Source: an uncultured archaeon (lineage in GTDB: Archaea; Micrarchaeota; Micrarchaeia; Micrarchaeales; CABMGC01). From it: a stretch of DNA of 64,000 nucleotides. This document shows positions 1-9,486 of this stretch, piece by piece. Made by a program: the position numbers and the translations under genes. Position 1 is the stretch's first letter; each line of letters opens with the position of its first letter. Where the stretch lies: positions 136,949 to 200,948 of the forward strand of contig OY969902.1 of assembly GCA_963704435.1 (NCBI GenBank), in the 5' to 3' direction. Under the pieces are notes generated by a model. The model was not told where the DNA came from. It did no database searches and saw nothing but the letters and a program-made list of their open reading frames with translations.

Positions 1-935
1 CGCTCTCTAGGGTCCTAGACGGCTGCAAACGCCCGTCGTTCAGGATAGAGGTGAGGAAGGTGGGCTACGTGGCCTACGAGGCAGCTAAATCGATCGAGGT
101 CAGGCTGGGCAGGGACCTAGAGGAAAGAGGATACGCTGCGAACCTCAGGACTCCTGAAGTACTGCTATATGCCGTGCTGCTAGACTCATCGGCGGCGATA
201 GGGCACAGCGACGCTGGGGTGCATGAGGATCGTATACTGGACCCGTTCAGGCAGACTGACGGGAAAGGCGGAGGTAGGCTCAATAGGGCGGAATTCAAGA
301 TAGAGGAGGCGGTGGAATTCTTCGGGATAGACCTAAGCACCCGCAAGAGAGGGCTGGACATAGGCGCGGCGCCAGGAGGCTGGGCCCGCTACCTGTCCCG
401 TAACGGGATCAGGGTCGTCGCGGTGGACAACGGGCTCCTGGACTACGGAAGACTGAGCGAGGGCAAGAGGATCCTAGTCCTGGCAGACGATGCGGATGCG
501 TTGCGGATCCGAAAGAGTATATCAGACGCGGGCTTGAGCGGGAGCGTTTCGGTAGGGAATATCGAGGACCGGGTCGCGGAAGCGGATGGCTATGACATAA
601 TCCACATCAAGGCGAACATCGGACAGGAAAGGGTAACTGAATTGCTAAGGGAACTGGGCGGGTTCGACCTCCTGACCATAGACACGAACAGGTCGCCTTC
701 TGAAAGCGCCTCTGTCGCCAATTCCATGGCGGGGCTGCTGAATCCGGGGGCTGCGCTGGTCATGACGGTAAAGCTGAAGACGAGGAAATTTGGCGAGCAT
801 GTCTCCACGGCCGAGACCGAGCTCTCCAGGAATTATGTGTCACTGCGCCTGAAGAAGCTGCCGCACAATAGGAGGGAGCTCACGGCTTACGGGATAGTCG
901 AGAATCAGTCTGGTAAGAAGGCGTCATCTCTATAG
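1..935 (+). CDS. THUMP + FtsJ/RlmM-like SAM-dependent RNA methyltransferase (5' end probably cut by the window edge)
   Basis: ORF track gives 51..935 (GTG), but the frame stays open back to nt 3. The upstream residues (LSRVLDGCKRPSFRIEVRKVGY) continue a THUMP-like strand pattern. GLDIGAAPGGWARYL resembles the DxGAAPGGW SAM motif of FtsJ/RlmM 2'-O-methyltransferases. Confidence 0.6.
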   Translation, partial: LSRVLDGCKRPSFRIEVRKVGYVAYEAAKSIEVRLGRDLEERGYAANLRTPEVLLYAVLLDSSAAIGHSDAGVHEDRILDPFRQTDGKGGGRLNRAEFKIEEAVEFFGIDLSTRKRGLDIGAAPGGWARYLSRNGIRVVAVDNGLLDYGRLSEGKRILVLADDADALRIRKSISDAGLSGSVSVGNIEDRVAEADGYDIIHIKANIGQERVTELLRELGGFDLLTIDTNRSPSESASVANSMAGLLNPGAALVMTVKLKTRKFGEHVSTAETELSRNYVSLRLKKLPHNRRELTAYGIVENQSGKKASSL

Positions 936-1556
936 GCTGCGCAGAAAATCTTCTTGATTCACTAGCGGGGTGCCCTCTTTCATGTTGTTAGAGACCCAGA
1001 AAATTGCACCGTCATCCAGTTGGAGGTCGCCTTCCTTAGCGCCATAAATGCTGCCGTGACGCATCACCTGAGGCAGCTTATCGGGCTGCGCTACTGGCAC
1101 CGTAAAAATTTTGCCGTCCTTCCCCCTCTGTATTACGCTTACAGATTCAGAATCTCCTTTCTTGCTGTAGTGCAGCATTCCGCGGTATACGGCGGATACC
1201 CCGTCTATATTGCCCCTCTCCACAGAGAATATGAACATCGAGATCCCCAAGACGCGGTCTCCATTCTCGTGTTCGGTCAGCTTAGCGTTGTAGTGGACTG
1301 TCCTGTTTTGTAGGAACAGTTCCTCTGACCTGTCGCGGTCGAGCGCCGGATGGGACCCGAGAAGCGAACGCAGGTTGAACACATAGCTGTTTGCCAGCCT
1401 TTCTTTCGCGGCCCTGCTGGCATAGGTCAACTTTAATGCGGCATTCTTACCCGTCTCAGTCAGCTTTGCAGGACTTAGAGCGTCCGCAAGCCGCTGCGTC
1501 AGATGCGGTTGCGTTTGCGCATCCGCGGTCTTCTGAATCACTACGTCGTCACTCAT
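930..1556 (-). CDS. hypothetical protein (208 aa)
   Basis: Only long ORF in this interval. Convergent with the methyltransferase gene and overlaps it by 6 nt. No motif recognised. Confidence 0.45.
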   Translation of the reverse strand: MSDDVVIQKTADAQTQPHLTQRLADALSPAKLTETGKNAALKLTYASRAAKERLANSYVFNLRSLLGSHPALDRDRSEELFLQNRTVHYNAKLTEHENGDRVLGISMFIFSVERGNIDGVSAVYRGMLHYSKKGDSESVSVIQRGKDGKIFTVPVAQPDKLPQVMRHGSIYGAKEGDLQLDDGAIFWVSNNMKEGTPLVNQEDFLRSL

Positions 1557-1617
1557 GTTTTCCTTTTGCCGTCAGACATATTTAAACATTGTTGAAGAAT
1601 TCGGATAGGGGCCGCAA

Positions 1618-3120
1618 TTACATGTAGCTCATAGGGTCCTTGCCTTTCCACAGGCCCAGCCTGGTGTGGAGCCACGGAGAGGTATTAAGTCCGCCCTTCT
1701 CCGCTTCCTTGTCGATCGTATCAAGAATTTTCTTAGAAACGCTGCCTGGCTTTCCGTACAGCTGCCTCTTATGCGTCGCGGCGGATCCGCCCTCCCTGTA
1801 CGCGCTCTTCATTACTTCCTCCATCCATGCGCTGCTCGCCGGTGGTACCAGGACGTTTGACTTCGCGGTGAACACCGTCTCGGGGCGCTCGGTGCTGAAT
1901 CTCGCGGTGAAAGAGAGCACTTTCGGGAAGTAAAGCAGCTCCTCCTGGAGCGACCCGGAATCAGTAAGCGCGGCCCGGCACTTGCCGCTATCGAGGAATT
2001 CCAAGACGTTCCCCCACTCCTGCCAGAGAGGGGTCATTACGAAGCGGTCCGGATGCCTTTCCGCAAGCAGCCTCAGCCTCGAGCGCAGGCCGTACTGGTC
2101 TACCGCCGCATTGGTGGCGTTCATCATTACCATCGTTACCTTCTGGCCTCCATCAACGAGGCGCTCTACAGCGCCGATTATCGAAGTGAAGCGCCTTTCA
2201 GTAAGGTTCTCCCTGCGGTGTATGTCTACGCGCAACCAATCCCCTGACTCGAGAGCGGGATAAATCTCGAATATGCTTCTAGAAGGCCTCTCCTTCCTGC
2301 GAATCTGGAGCGCGTCTGTCACCGAATTGCCAACCACTGCTATCGATTCGTCAGGATAGCCCTCCCTGAGCAGGTGCCTCCGGTTCAGTTCGACCGGAGC
2401 GAAGAAGTAACCCGTTGCAGCCGAGCATATCCAAGTATCTATCTGTTCGGGAAACGGCTCCTCCCTTGCGATGAACCATTTCCCCTCGAACTGGTCTTGC
2501 ACGAAGCGCTCTGCAGTGGCCCTTGAGGGAGCCTTGTCGGCGCTTATCCTGCGCATCGCTTCGGGGCACATCGCCCTCAGCCCGGCCTCGTTCTGCGCTA
2601 CCTTCTGGCCGATTCCGAAAGTCCACGCCAGCGAAGCGATCCCGGCGACGAGCGTATCTCCGTGCACTATCGGAAGGATTTCGACAGATTCGCCGTAGGT
2701 CTTCTTGAAGTACCTGCCGAATCCGCCGAACTTCAGGAATATCTCGCTCGCCTTCTCGACGAGGTTTCCCCTTATGTTGAGGCTGCACGCTATGAACGGT
2801 TCCATGCTGAATTCCTTTATCCCGAATCCGAGCAGGTCATCGAAATGCTGGCCGGTGTTTATCACGACCAGGGGATAGCGCCTTGAAGCGGCCTCGAGCA
2901 CGAGGGGCGCCTGCTTGTAGAAATCGGGCTTCGTGCCTATCACGACCGCGATTATCGGCTTCCCCTGCTCCTTCGAATCGCGCACCGCCTTGTCAAGCGC
3001 ATCGACGCGCACATCGACGGGAAGCATCGCATTTGAGAAACTGAGCTTGACGGATTTCCCTTCATGGGAGTTGGTTTCGCGCGCCTTGCTGCCAGCCATC
3101 AGTGGGATTTGCACATCCAC
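1618..3120 (-). CDS. UDP-N-acetylglucosamine 2-epimerase (WecB)-like protein with N- and C-terminal extensions
   Basis: Motifs VIGTKPDFYKQAPL...NTGQHFD, NEAGLR, VGNSVTDAL and DSGSLQEE follow the WecB/non-hydrolysing epimerase pattern. The ORF starts at GTG 3120. ATG at 3099 (MAGSKA...) lies 26 nt from a TATA box and may be the real leaderless start. Confidence 0.7.
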   Translation of the reverse strand: MDVQIPLMAGSKARETNSHEGKSVKLSFSNAMLPVDVRVDALDKAVRDSKEQGKPIIAVVIGTKPDFYKQAPLVLEAASRRYPLVVINTGQHFDDLLGFGIKEFSMEPFIACSLNIRGNLVEKASEIFLKFGGFGRYFKKTYGESVEILPIVHGDTLVAGIASLAWTFGIGQKVAQNEAGLRAMCPEAMRRISADKAPSRATAERFVQDQFEGKWFIAREEPFPEQIDTWICSAATGYFFAPVELNRRHLLREGYPDESIAVVGNSVTDALQIRRKERPSRSIFEIYPALESGDWLRVDIHRRENLTERRFTSIIGAVERLVDGGQKVTMVMMNATNAAVDQYGLRSRLRLLAERHPDRFVMTPLWQEWGNVLEFLDSGKCRAALTDSGSLQEELLYFPKVLSFTARFSTERPETVFTAKSNVLVPPASSAWMEEVMKSAYREGGSAATHKRQLYGKPGSVSKKILDTIDKEAEKGGLNTSPWLHTRLGLWKGKDPMSYM

Positions 3121-3130
3121 ATATAAATAT
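3121..3130 (-). promoter_or_regulatory. TATA box candidate for the WecB-like gene
   Basis: Minus-strand ATATTTATAT sits about 26 nt upstream of ATG 3099, the usual archaeal TATA-to-start spacing for leaderless mRNAs. Confidence 0.4.
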
Positions 3131-3238
3131 TGATTCTCTGCGTCAAACTGCGGAACCAGAACCGCGATTGTATTTCAGTATAGACTATTTTCGCTGAGTG
3201 CTATAAATTCTGCCGTGCGATATAAGGAGGGGCATTTT

Positions 3239-4270
3239 ATGGTGGTCATCGGGCTTACCGGAGAGAACTGCTCCGGCAAGGGGACCTTCGCGGAATACCT
3301 CGTTACGACGGGGTTCCGCTACGCGTCCCTCTCGGACGTGCTGCGCGAGGAACTCTCCGCGGAGGGTAGGGAGGTAACGCGCGAGGCGCTGATAGAGAAG
3401 GGCAACGAGCTCAGGAGGGAGGCGGGACCTGGCGTGCTGGCCAAGAGGACGATGCTCAAGATGAAGGGCGCGACGAACTGCGTCATAGACTCGGTAAGGA
3501 ACCCCAGCGAGGTCGAGGAGCTCAGGAAGGAGAAGGGCTTCACGCTCGTATACGTGACCGCTAAGCCGGTGACCAGGTTCGAGCGGATGAGGAAGAGGGA
3601 CAGGGAGGGGGACCCGAAGACCCTGGAAGCGTTCATGGAGATGGACAAGAGGGAGATGTCCTCCTCTGACCCGACGCACCAGCAGCTGCTCGCGACCTTC
3701 GAGATGGCCGACAAGCGGATGGAGAACGACTCCGACCTGCAGCACTACCACGATGGGATAGACGCGCTCGTCGGAGCGCTGGAGGGGGAGCGGTCCCTCA
3801 GGCCGTCGTGGGACGAGTACTTCCTTGAGATAGCGAAGATGGTCGGCGCCAGGGGCACGTGCGACAGGGGAAGGAACGGCGCGGTACTGACGAGGGACAG
3901 GAGGATAATCTCGACCGGATATGTCGGTTCTCCGAGAGGGCTGCCGCACTGCGACGAGGCCGGACACCTGATGAGCGACGTGCTGAACCCCGACGGGACC
4001 GTATCGAAGCACTGCGTGCGCACCACTCACGCTGAGCAGAACGCGATAGTGCAGGCTGCGCTGCACGGCGTATCGACCGAGGGATCCACGCTTTACGTCA
4101 GGTTCGAGCCGTGCTTCACGTGCGCGAAGATGCTGATCAACGCGGGGGTGAGGCGGGTCGTCTGCCAGAGGAAGTACCACGCGGGCGAGATGAGCAGGGA
4201 GTTCTTCAGGGATGCGGGGGTCGAGCTGGTCTACGTCGAGGACAAGGTCGAGGAGTATCCCGACCAGTAG
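3239..4270 (+). CDS. fusion protein: N-terminal P-loop nucleotide/nucleoside kinase-like domain + C-terminal dCMP (deoxycytidylate) deaminase
   Basis: ATG 3239 is preceded by AGGAGG (the track starts at GTG 3215, same frame). Walker A is GLTGENCSGKGT. The C-terminal half carries cytidine/dCMP deaminase zinc motifs HAEQNA and PCFTCAKMLINAGV. Confidence 0.8.
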   Translation: MVVIGLTGENCSGKGTFAEYLVTTGFRYASLSDVLREELSAEGREVTREALIEKGNELRREAGPGVLAKRTMLKMKGATNCVIDSVRNPSEVEELRKEKGFTLVYVTAKPVTRFERMRKRDREGDPKTLEAFMEMDKREMSSSDPTHQQLLATFEMADKRMENDSDLQHYHDGIDALVGALEGERSLRPSWDEYFLEIAKMVGARGTCDRGRNGAVLTRDRRIISTGYVGSPRGLPHCDEAGHLMSDVLNPDGTVSKHCVRTTHAEQNAIVQAALHGVSTEGSTLYVRFEPCFTCAKMLINAGVRRVVCQRKYHAGEMSREFFRDAGVELVYVEDKVEEYPDQ

Positions 4271-4290
4271 GCCGAGAACGGGGTGGTTCG

Positions 4291-4797
4291 ATGCCGAAAG
4301 GAAATAACGTGGAAGTGTTCATAGAAATCCCGAAGGGCGATGACAGAAGGAGGCATCTCAGCCACGACAAGAAAGAAATGCTGGACCTGGGGCCTACGAA
4401 GAACGTGATACCTGTAAGTGACGGGGTAATGCCCATCGCATATGGTTTCATAATAGGAACTCTTCAAAGGGACGAGGCGTCCAAGAACCCGAACGAAATA
4501 CCTGATGAGGTCGACGTTCTCGTTTATTCGAGAAACAGCTTCAGTGTTGGTGAAACGCTAACTGCCGTCCCCATAGCTTTCATTACCCGTGGGGACGGGG
4601 ACCACAAGGTCGTGGCCGTGGATTCCACCACGAGCGGGCAGATAAAGGAATGGGAAGACATACCCAAGAAGGAGAGGGATTTGATAACCAAGTTCTTCGG
4701 CTACAAGTATCCTATAGAATCCATAGAAGGCGCTAAGGAAGCGATTGATTACATAAACAAGAATCGCGTAAATAAGCGGGAGAAGAACCGCTCCTGA
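4291..4797 (+). CDS. ppa: inorganic pyrophosphatase (family I)-like
   Basis: MPKGNNVEVFIEIPKGDDRR... resembles the PPase N-terminus (VxIEIPKG). Acidic clusters DEVDVLV and GDGDHKVVAVD are present. The first 60 codons of track ORF 4111..4797 overlap the previous gene and are R/G-rich, so the start is set at ATG 4291. Confidence 0.6.
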   Translation: MPKGNNVEVFIEIPKGDDRRRHLSHDKKEMLDLGPTKNVIPVSDGVMPIAYGFIIGTLQRDEASKNPNEIPDEVDVLVYSRNSFSVGETLTAVPIAFITRGDGDHKVVAVDSTTSGQIKEWEDIPKKERDLITKFFGYKYPIESIEGAKEAIDYINKNRVNKREKNRS

Positions 4798-4844
4798 AAC
4801 CGCAGTTGACTAACCTTTTTATCCTTGAGCATTTCAGATGAAGC

Positions 4845-6407
4845 ATGAATTTCGCGCTCCAGCTCGTCGTTGACCTGCTCTACTCCTGGGGAAGGATGCT
4901 TGTAGCGCTCGGGCTCTCCATAGTCTTCAGCGTGTTCGTCGGAATAGCTGCCGCGACGAGCAAGCGCGCCGAGGCGGTGGTGCTGCCCGCGATCGACGTG
5001 CTGCAGACCGTTCCGATACTCGCCTTCTTCCCAGTCGTGATATACCTGATTGCGCCACTCGGCTACATAGGGCTCAACGCCGCGGTGGTCCTGCTCATCT
5101 TCACCAGCATGGCCTGGAATATAACCTTCGGGGTGTACGAGGCGGTTAAGTCGATACCCGCGGACATGCTGGAGATAGCGAGGATAAGCCACCTGTCTAA
5201 GTTCCAGATGATAAGGAGCATCTATGCGCCCGCCGCGATGCCCAGGATAGCCTACCAGTCCTCGCTGTCGTGGTCGATAGGGCTCTTCTACCTGGTGACG
5301 AGCGAGATCTTCTCTGCCGGCAGCAAGAACTTCGCCGTGACCTACGGCATCGGCGTCGAGATCGCGCGGCTGGTCGTGACGCACAACCCGACGATGTACG
5401 CGGTAGCGCTGCTCTTCCTCGCGGCCGCGGTGGTCCTAACGTGGGTGCTCCTGTTCAGGCCGCTCGCGGCATATGCGGAGAGGTTCTCGTTCAGGGAGGA
5501 GCAGAGGCCTGCCAAGTACTCCAGGCTCATAGCTGCCTATTCAGGCATCGGGAGGTTCGTGGAGAAGATCATACCCGAGCCCAGGCCAAGGGAGACCGCG
5601 AGGGTTGTCGAACGGGTGCAGAGGCCCCGGCCCGCGCACGTCGCAGAGAGGAGGCCGGTATCGGGCGCAGTCAGCGCCGCGATAGTGCTGGGCCTCGTGG
5701 CCCTGTCCGCCGCGGCGGTGGTCGCCTGGAACGAGTACTCCTTCGTCCCGACGCTGCTCGAGGCGATGGCCTTCTCGTTCGCCAGGGTGTGGGGCATCTA
5801 CCTCGTTTGCGTCGCGATAGCCGTGCCGCTCGGTATAATGATAGCGAAGTCGTCGAGGGCCTACAGCCCGATGCTCGGCGGCCTGCAGGTGATCGCTTCG
5901 ATACCCGCTACCGTGCTGCTCCCCGCGATAGTCGCCCTGCTGTTCCTGCTGCCGTTCGGGAACGAGCTGACCGCGCTGGCGATAATCTTCCTTGCGATGA
6001 TATGGTACCTTCTGTTCAGCGTAATAGCCGGGATGAGGACCATACCCGAGCAGTTCGGCGAGCTCCTCAGGATATTCGGCACAGACTGGGTCAGCGCGTG
6101 GCGCGAGGTCTACATACCCGCGATACTGCCGTCGCTTGTGACGGGGTCCATAACCGCGATAGGCGGGGCGTGGAACGCGCTGATAGTCGCGGAGTACTTC
6201 AGCATCCAGTCGGGCGGGAGCACGGTGGTGCTGACGCAGGTGGGCAGCGGGCTGGGAAAGCTTCTGGACACCGCGACGTTCAACGGCAACTTCGTCCAGA
6301 TGTTCCTCGCGCTCGCGGCGATGGTGGCGATGGTCATGGTCATAAACAAGCTCGTGTGGCAGAGGCTATATAGGGATGTTACGCGGAAGTACAAGATCGA
6401 GGTCTAG
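4845..6407 (+). CDS. ABC transporter permease, two fused transmembrane domains (nitrate/sulfonate/taurine SsuC/TauC-like)
   Basis: 520 aa with many hydrophobic helices in two similar halves separated by a charged linker ([10 protein letters not shown]...[10 protein letters not shown]). Immediately followed by an SsuB/TauB-like ATPase. Confidence 0.7.
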   Translation: MNFALQLVVDLLYSWGRMLVALGLSIVFSVFVGIAAATSKRAEAVVLPAIDVLQTVPILAFFPVVIYLIAPLGYIGLNAAVVLLIFTSMAWNITFGVYEAVKSIPADMLEIARISHLSKFQMIRSIYAPAAMPRIAYQSSLSWSIGLFYLVTSEIFSAGSKNFAVTYGIGVEIARLVVTHNPTMYAVALLFLAAAVVLTWVLLFRPLAAYAERFSFREEQRPAKYSRLIAAYSGIGRFVEKIIPEPRPRETARVVERVQRPRPAHVAERRPVSGAVSAAIVLGLVALSAAAVVAWNEYSFVPTLLEAMAFSFARVWGIYLVCVAIAVPLGIMIAKSSRAYSPMLGGLQVIASIPATVLLPAIVALLFLLPFGNELTALAIIFLAMIWYLLFSVIAGMRTIPEQFGELLRIFGTDWVSAWREVYIPAILPSLVTGSITAIGGAWNALIVAEYFSIQSGGSTVVLTQVGSGLGKLLDTATFNGNFVQMFLALAAMVAMVMVINKLVWQRLYRDVTRKYKIEV

Positions 6408-6415
6408 GTGGTGTT

Positions 6416-7192
6416 TTGCCGAAAGGGAAGGACATAGCGGAGATCGAGAAGGTGTCGCTGACCTACGAGGTCGAGGGCGGCAAGGGGCTGAAGGTGATGG
6501 ACCGGCTCAGCTTCGGCGTGCGCGACGGGGAGTTCCTCTCCATAATCGGGCCCTCCGGCTGCGGCAAGTCCTCGCTGATAAGGATGATCATAGGCCTGCA
6601 GGAGCCCACGTCCGGCGGGATAACCTTCGAGGGAAGGAGGGTGAGCTCTCCGCCAGGGGGCATGTCGCTCATATTCCAGAACATAGCGCTCATACCCTGG
6701 AAGACAGCTCTCGAGAACGTCGAGTTCTCGATAGAGAACAGGGCCATGGCGCAGGACGAGGTCAGGAGGAAGAGCGCGGAGATGCTTAAGATCGTCGGGC
6801 TGGGCGGGTTCGAGGACTCGTACCCTAGCGAGCTCAGCGGCGGGATGCGGCAGAGGGTCGGAGTCGCGAGGGCGCTCGTGTCCGATCCGGAGCTTCTGCT
6901 TATGGACGAGCCGTTCAGTTCGCTGGACGAGCTCACGGCAGAGCAGCTCAGGGGAGAGGTGAAGTCCATACTCAAGGACAAGAGGCTGCCTCTGAAGTCG
7001 GTGATACTCGTGAGCCACAACGTCGATGAGGTGGTCGAGATGTCCGACAGGATAATCGTGCTTTCGAAGGCGCCGTCCCGCATAGTGGACACCATAACGG
7101 TCGGGCTGGGCTATCCGAGGGACAGGCACTCGAAGGCGGTCGGCGCGATAACCGACAGGATATTCAGGGACCTCCGCACCGCGGAAGCCTAG
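6416..7192 (+). CDS. ABC transporter ATP-binding protein
   Basis: Walker [10 protein letters not shown], signature [15 protein letters not shown], Walker [16 protein letters not shown] start preceded by AGGTGGTG (SD-like). Confidence 0.9.
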   Translation: MPKGKDIAEIEKVSLTYEVEGGKGLKVMDRLSFGVRDGEFLSIIGPSGCGKSSLIRMIIGLQEPTSGGITFEGRRVSSPPGGMSLIFQNIALIPWKTALENVEFSIENRAMAQDEVRRKSAEMLKIVGLGGFEDSYPSELSGGMRQRVGVARALVSDPELLLMDEPFSSLDELTAEQLRGEVKSILKDKRLPLKSVILVSHNVDEVVEMSDRIIVLSKAPSRIVDTITVGLGYPRDRHSKAVGAITDRIFRDLRTAEA

Positions 7193-7255
7193 TTCGGAAG
7201 CGCGGAAGAAAGGAATATTAGGTTTTTCGGTGCCAATACCATCAAGGGGGTAAGA

Positions 7256-7672
7256 ATGGCAAAAGCAAACATTACGGGAACGGTGGAACAGGTACTTTAC
7301 GGCAGTGATCACAGCACAAGAGGCAATGCAAATGACGTGTCGGCAGCCAGAATCTCGCTGTCTCAAGTATCAGAAGAGGGTAAGAAAGTGGAAATAACCC
7401 TCTTCTATGATCAGGATGGCAAGACGCAGGCAATATTGACTTTCGACATAATATCCTTGGGAAAGACACGCACCAAAAACTTGTTTGATGACTTGCAACC
7501 GGAAAATGTTAAAGTCGGAGCACTTAAAGTGGAAACTGCAAATGCGCTTAACAAAGCTTGGGATCTGAAGAACCTTGACTTGGCATTTGGAGTTAAGGAA
7601 ACCCAGAGAACGGGCGACCAGCAGGGGAGTGCGCATCCAATAAAAATCGGCGGTGGCGTTATCCTAATCTAA
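7256..7672 (+). CDS. hypothetical protein (138 aa), G+C-poor orphan
   Basis: ATG preceded by AAGGGGGT. No motif recognised. Local composition is about 40% G+C (line 7441 = 24/60) against a much richer backbone. Confidence 0.5.
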   Translation: MAKANITGTVEQVLYGSDHSTRGNANDVSAARISLSQVSEEGKKVEITLFYDQDGKTQAILTFDIISLGKTRTKNLFDDLQPENVKVGALKVETANALNKAWDLKNLDLAFGVKETQRTGDQQGSAHPIKIGGGVILI

Positions 7673-7715
7673 GTGATTATCCCTGGCTCCCAGAATAAAA
7701 GCAGAGGAGGGCGAA

Positions 7716-8117
7716 TTACTTCTTGCGCTGCCTGACCTTCCTCATGCTCATTATCACGGCCGCTGCCGAGACGACGGCGAGAACCAGCATCACCGCGAAC
7801 GACGCGGTCCAATGGCTCCTGATGTCATTATACTGCACGCGCGCGGAATCGACCGCCTCGTTGGCGTAGAGCACAGCCGCGTCCGGCGACTTGTTGTAAA
7901 TCCCGGATGCCTGGTTTAGGTATCCGTAAGCCTGCGTCAAGTTCGGATAGAAGATAAGGTAGCCGCTCTGGTTCACCATGTCGACGTACGCCTGCGCCCC
8001 GTTTATTATGCCGTTGGCGCTGGACGGGGTGTAGCCCGTGGAGTTGAACTGCTGCGCTCCCGCGGCTGCCGTAAGCAGCGCGATCGCGAGCAGGGGTATC
8101 CAGGGCTGCGGCCTCAT
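7716..8117 (-). CDS. secreted protein with C-terminal membrane anchor (133 aa)
   Basis: N-terminal signal-like MRPQPWIPLLAIALLTAAAGA. Several N-x-S/T sequons. C-terminal TM FAVMLVLAVVSAAAVIM followed by the basic tail RKVRQRKK. Confidence 0.55.
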   Translation of the reverse strand: MRPQPWIPLLAIALLTAAAGAQQFNSTGYTPSSANGIINGAQAYVDMVNQSGYLIFYPNLTQAYGYLNQASGIYNKSPDAAVLYANEAVDSARVQYNDIRSHWTASFAVMLVLAVVSAAAVIMSMRKVRQRKK

Positions 8118-8124
8118 CGGACCA

Positions 8125-9333
8125 CTACAGGTTCACGTCTATGGCGAGCTCCTTCTTGAGCTCCCTGTACCTGTTCCTTATGGTGACCTCGGTCACTCCC
8201 GCGACCTCGGCCACCTCCTTCTGCGTCCTGCGCTCGCCTACGAGCGCGCTTGCGATGTAGACGGCCGCGGCGGAGACTCCGGTCGGGCTCCTCCCGCTCA
8301 CCAGGCCCCTCTTCATCGCCTGCTTCAGCAGCAGCGTGGACTTCTCCTGCGCCTCACCGCTGAGCTTAAGCGCGGCCACGTACCTGGGCACGTAGCTTAT
8401 CGGGTCGGTCAGCGGTATCTTCAGGTGGAGCTCGTGGGCTATGACCCTGTAGGTCCTGCCTATCTCCTTCTTCGGAACGCCGGATATCTGCGATATCTCG
8501 TCCAGCGTCCTCGGCATTCCCGCCTGCCTGCACGTCGCGTACAGCGCGGCGTTGACCACGGTCTCGATGGGCCTGCCCCTTATCAGGTTGTTCTTGACGC
8601 ACGACCTGTACAGCAGTGCGGCGCTCTCCCTGACGTTGTCAGGAAGGCCTAGGTAGCTTGCGACCCTGTTGAGCTCGGGCAGCGCGACGAGGTAGTTCCT
8701 CTCGCTGGAGCTCGCTATGCTCGCCCTCTTGTGCCACTTCCTTATCCTGTACAGCTGGGCCTGCCTCTTCGATGGCAGTTTCGCGCCCCTTATGTCCTTG
8801 TTGTACATGTCGATCTCTGTGACCAGGCCCTTGTTCGGCTTCATGTACTTGATCGGAGCGCCGGTCCTGGCCCTTGCATTCCTCTGCTCGGAGTCGAACG
8901 CCCTCCACTCTGGCCCGGTATCCGTGACGTTCTCCTCTATGACCAGGCCGCAGTTGTTGCAGATGTATTCGCCCCTCTCGCCGTCGAATATGATGTCGCC
9001 GCTTCCGCAGCTCGGGCAGCGCTTCACGCTCCCTATGACCTTCGGCCCCTCCTCGCCGTGGACTATGCCTATGTCAGCGCCGGCCTCCTTGTCCAGCACG
9101 TGCGCGTGCCTCTCGACCGCTATCTCGGCCGGACCGGAAATCGGCGCATGTACTGCGGCAGGCGCCCTTGCCGCGGGAGCCCTGATGGTGCGCACAGCGG
9201 ACACGTTCTGGGTGTGCCTCGCATTGGCATGCGCAGCCTTCCTGGCCTTCGCCTTGGCTGGCTTCCTCGCGGCTTTCTTAGCGACAGTCTTCTTGGCCTT
9301 CTTTGCAGTTCTCTTACGATCCTTACTCGCCAT
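8125..9333 (-). CDS. tfb: transcription initiation factor IIB (TFB) with about 100-aa basic N-terminal extension
   Basis: Zn-ribbon CPSCGSGDIIFDGERGEYICNNCG, followed by two cyclin-fold repeats and a C-terminal HTH (VAEVAGVTEVTIRNRYRELKK). The track ORF begins at TTG 9342; ATG 9333 gives MASKDRKRTAKKAKK... Confidence 0.9.
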   Translation of the reverse strand: MASKDRKRTAKKAKKTVAKKAARKPAKAKARKAAHANARHTQNVSAVRTIRAPAARAPAAVHAPISGPAEIAVERHAHVLDKEAGADIGIVHGEEGPKVIGSVKRCPSCGSGDIIFDGERGEYICNNCGLVIEENVTDTGPEWRAFDSEQRNARARTGAPIKYMKPNKGLVTEIDMYNKDIRGAKLPSKRQAQLYRIRKWHKRASIASSSERNYLVALPELNRVASYLGLPDNVRESAALLYRSCVKNNLIRGRPIETVVNAALYATCRQAGMPRTLDEISQISGVPKKEIGRTYRVIAHELHLKIPLTDPISYVPRYVAALKLSGEAQEKSTLLLKQAMKRGLVSGRSPTGVSAAAVYIASALVGERRTQKEVAEVAGVTEVTIRNRYRELKKELAIDVNL

Positions 9334-9486
9334 TCTAATCAACCTTGTTTTTCGTCTAAAATATAAGATAGTCTTTTAAATTTTGCTAAAAAGAGTAATT
9401 AATTTAGTGATTAAATAGATATTTAAACCTTTCGTTGGGGCTTCCGCCCACGGGAGGGCCGGACTGAAACAATCCTGCCGTAGATT

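Noticed and set aside
3185-4180. 331-aa ORF antisense to the kinase/dCMP-deaminase gene
   Set aside because: It is R/P/L/H/V-rich with no motif, and lies entirely opposite a gene with clear Walker A and deaminase zinc motifs. This is a typical shadow ORF of G+C-rich DNA.
4111-4290. N-terminal 60 codons of the track ORF for the pyrophosphatase
   Set aside because: They overlap the end of the deaminase gene in another frame and are R/G-rich. The PPase-like sequence starts at ATG 4291.
5270-6373. 367-aa ORF in another frame of the ABC permease gene
   Set aside because: It is extremely R/G/A/D-rich and non-hydrophobic. The permease frame gives coherent TM helices and is followed by its ATPase partner.
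6404-7366. 320-aa ORF antisense to the ABC ATPase gene
   Set aside because: The opposite strand encodes perfect Walker A, signature and Walker B motifs. The antisense product is low-complexity R/P/L/H.
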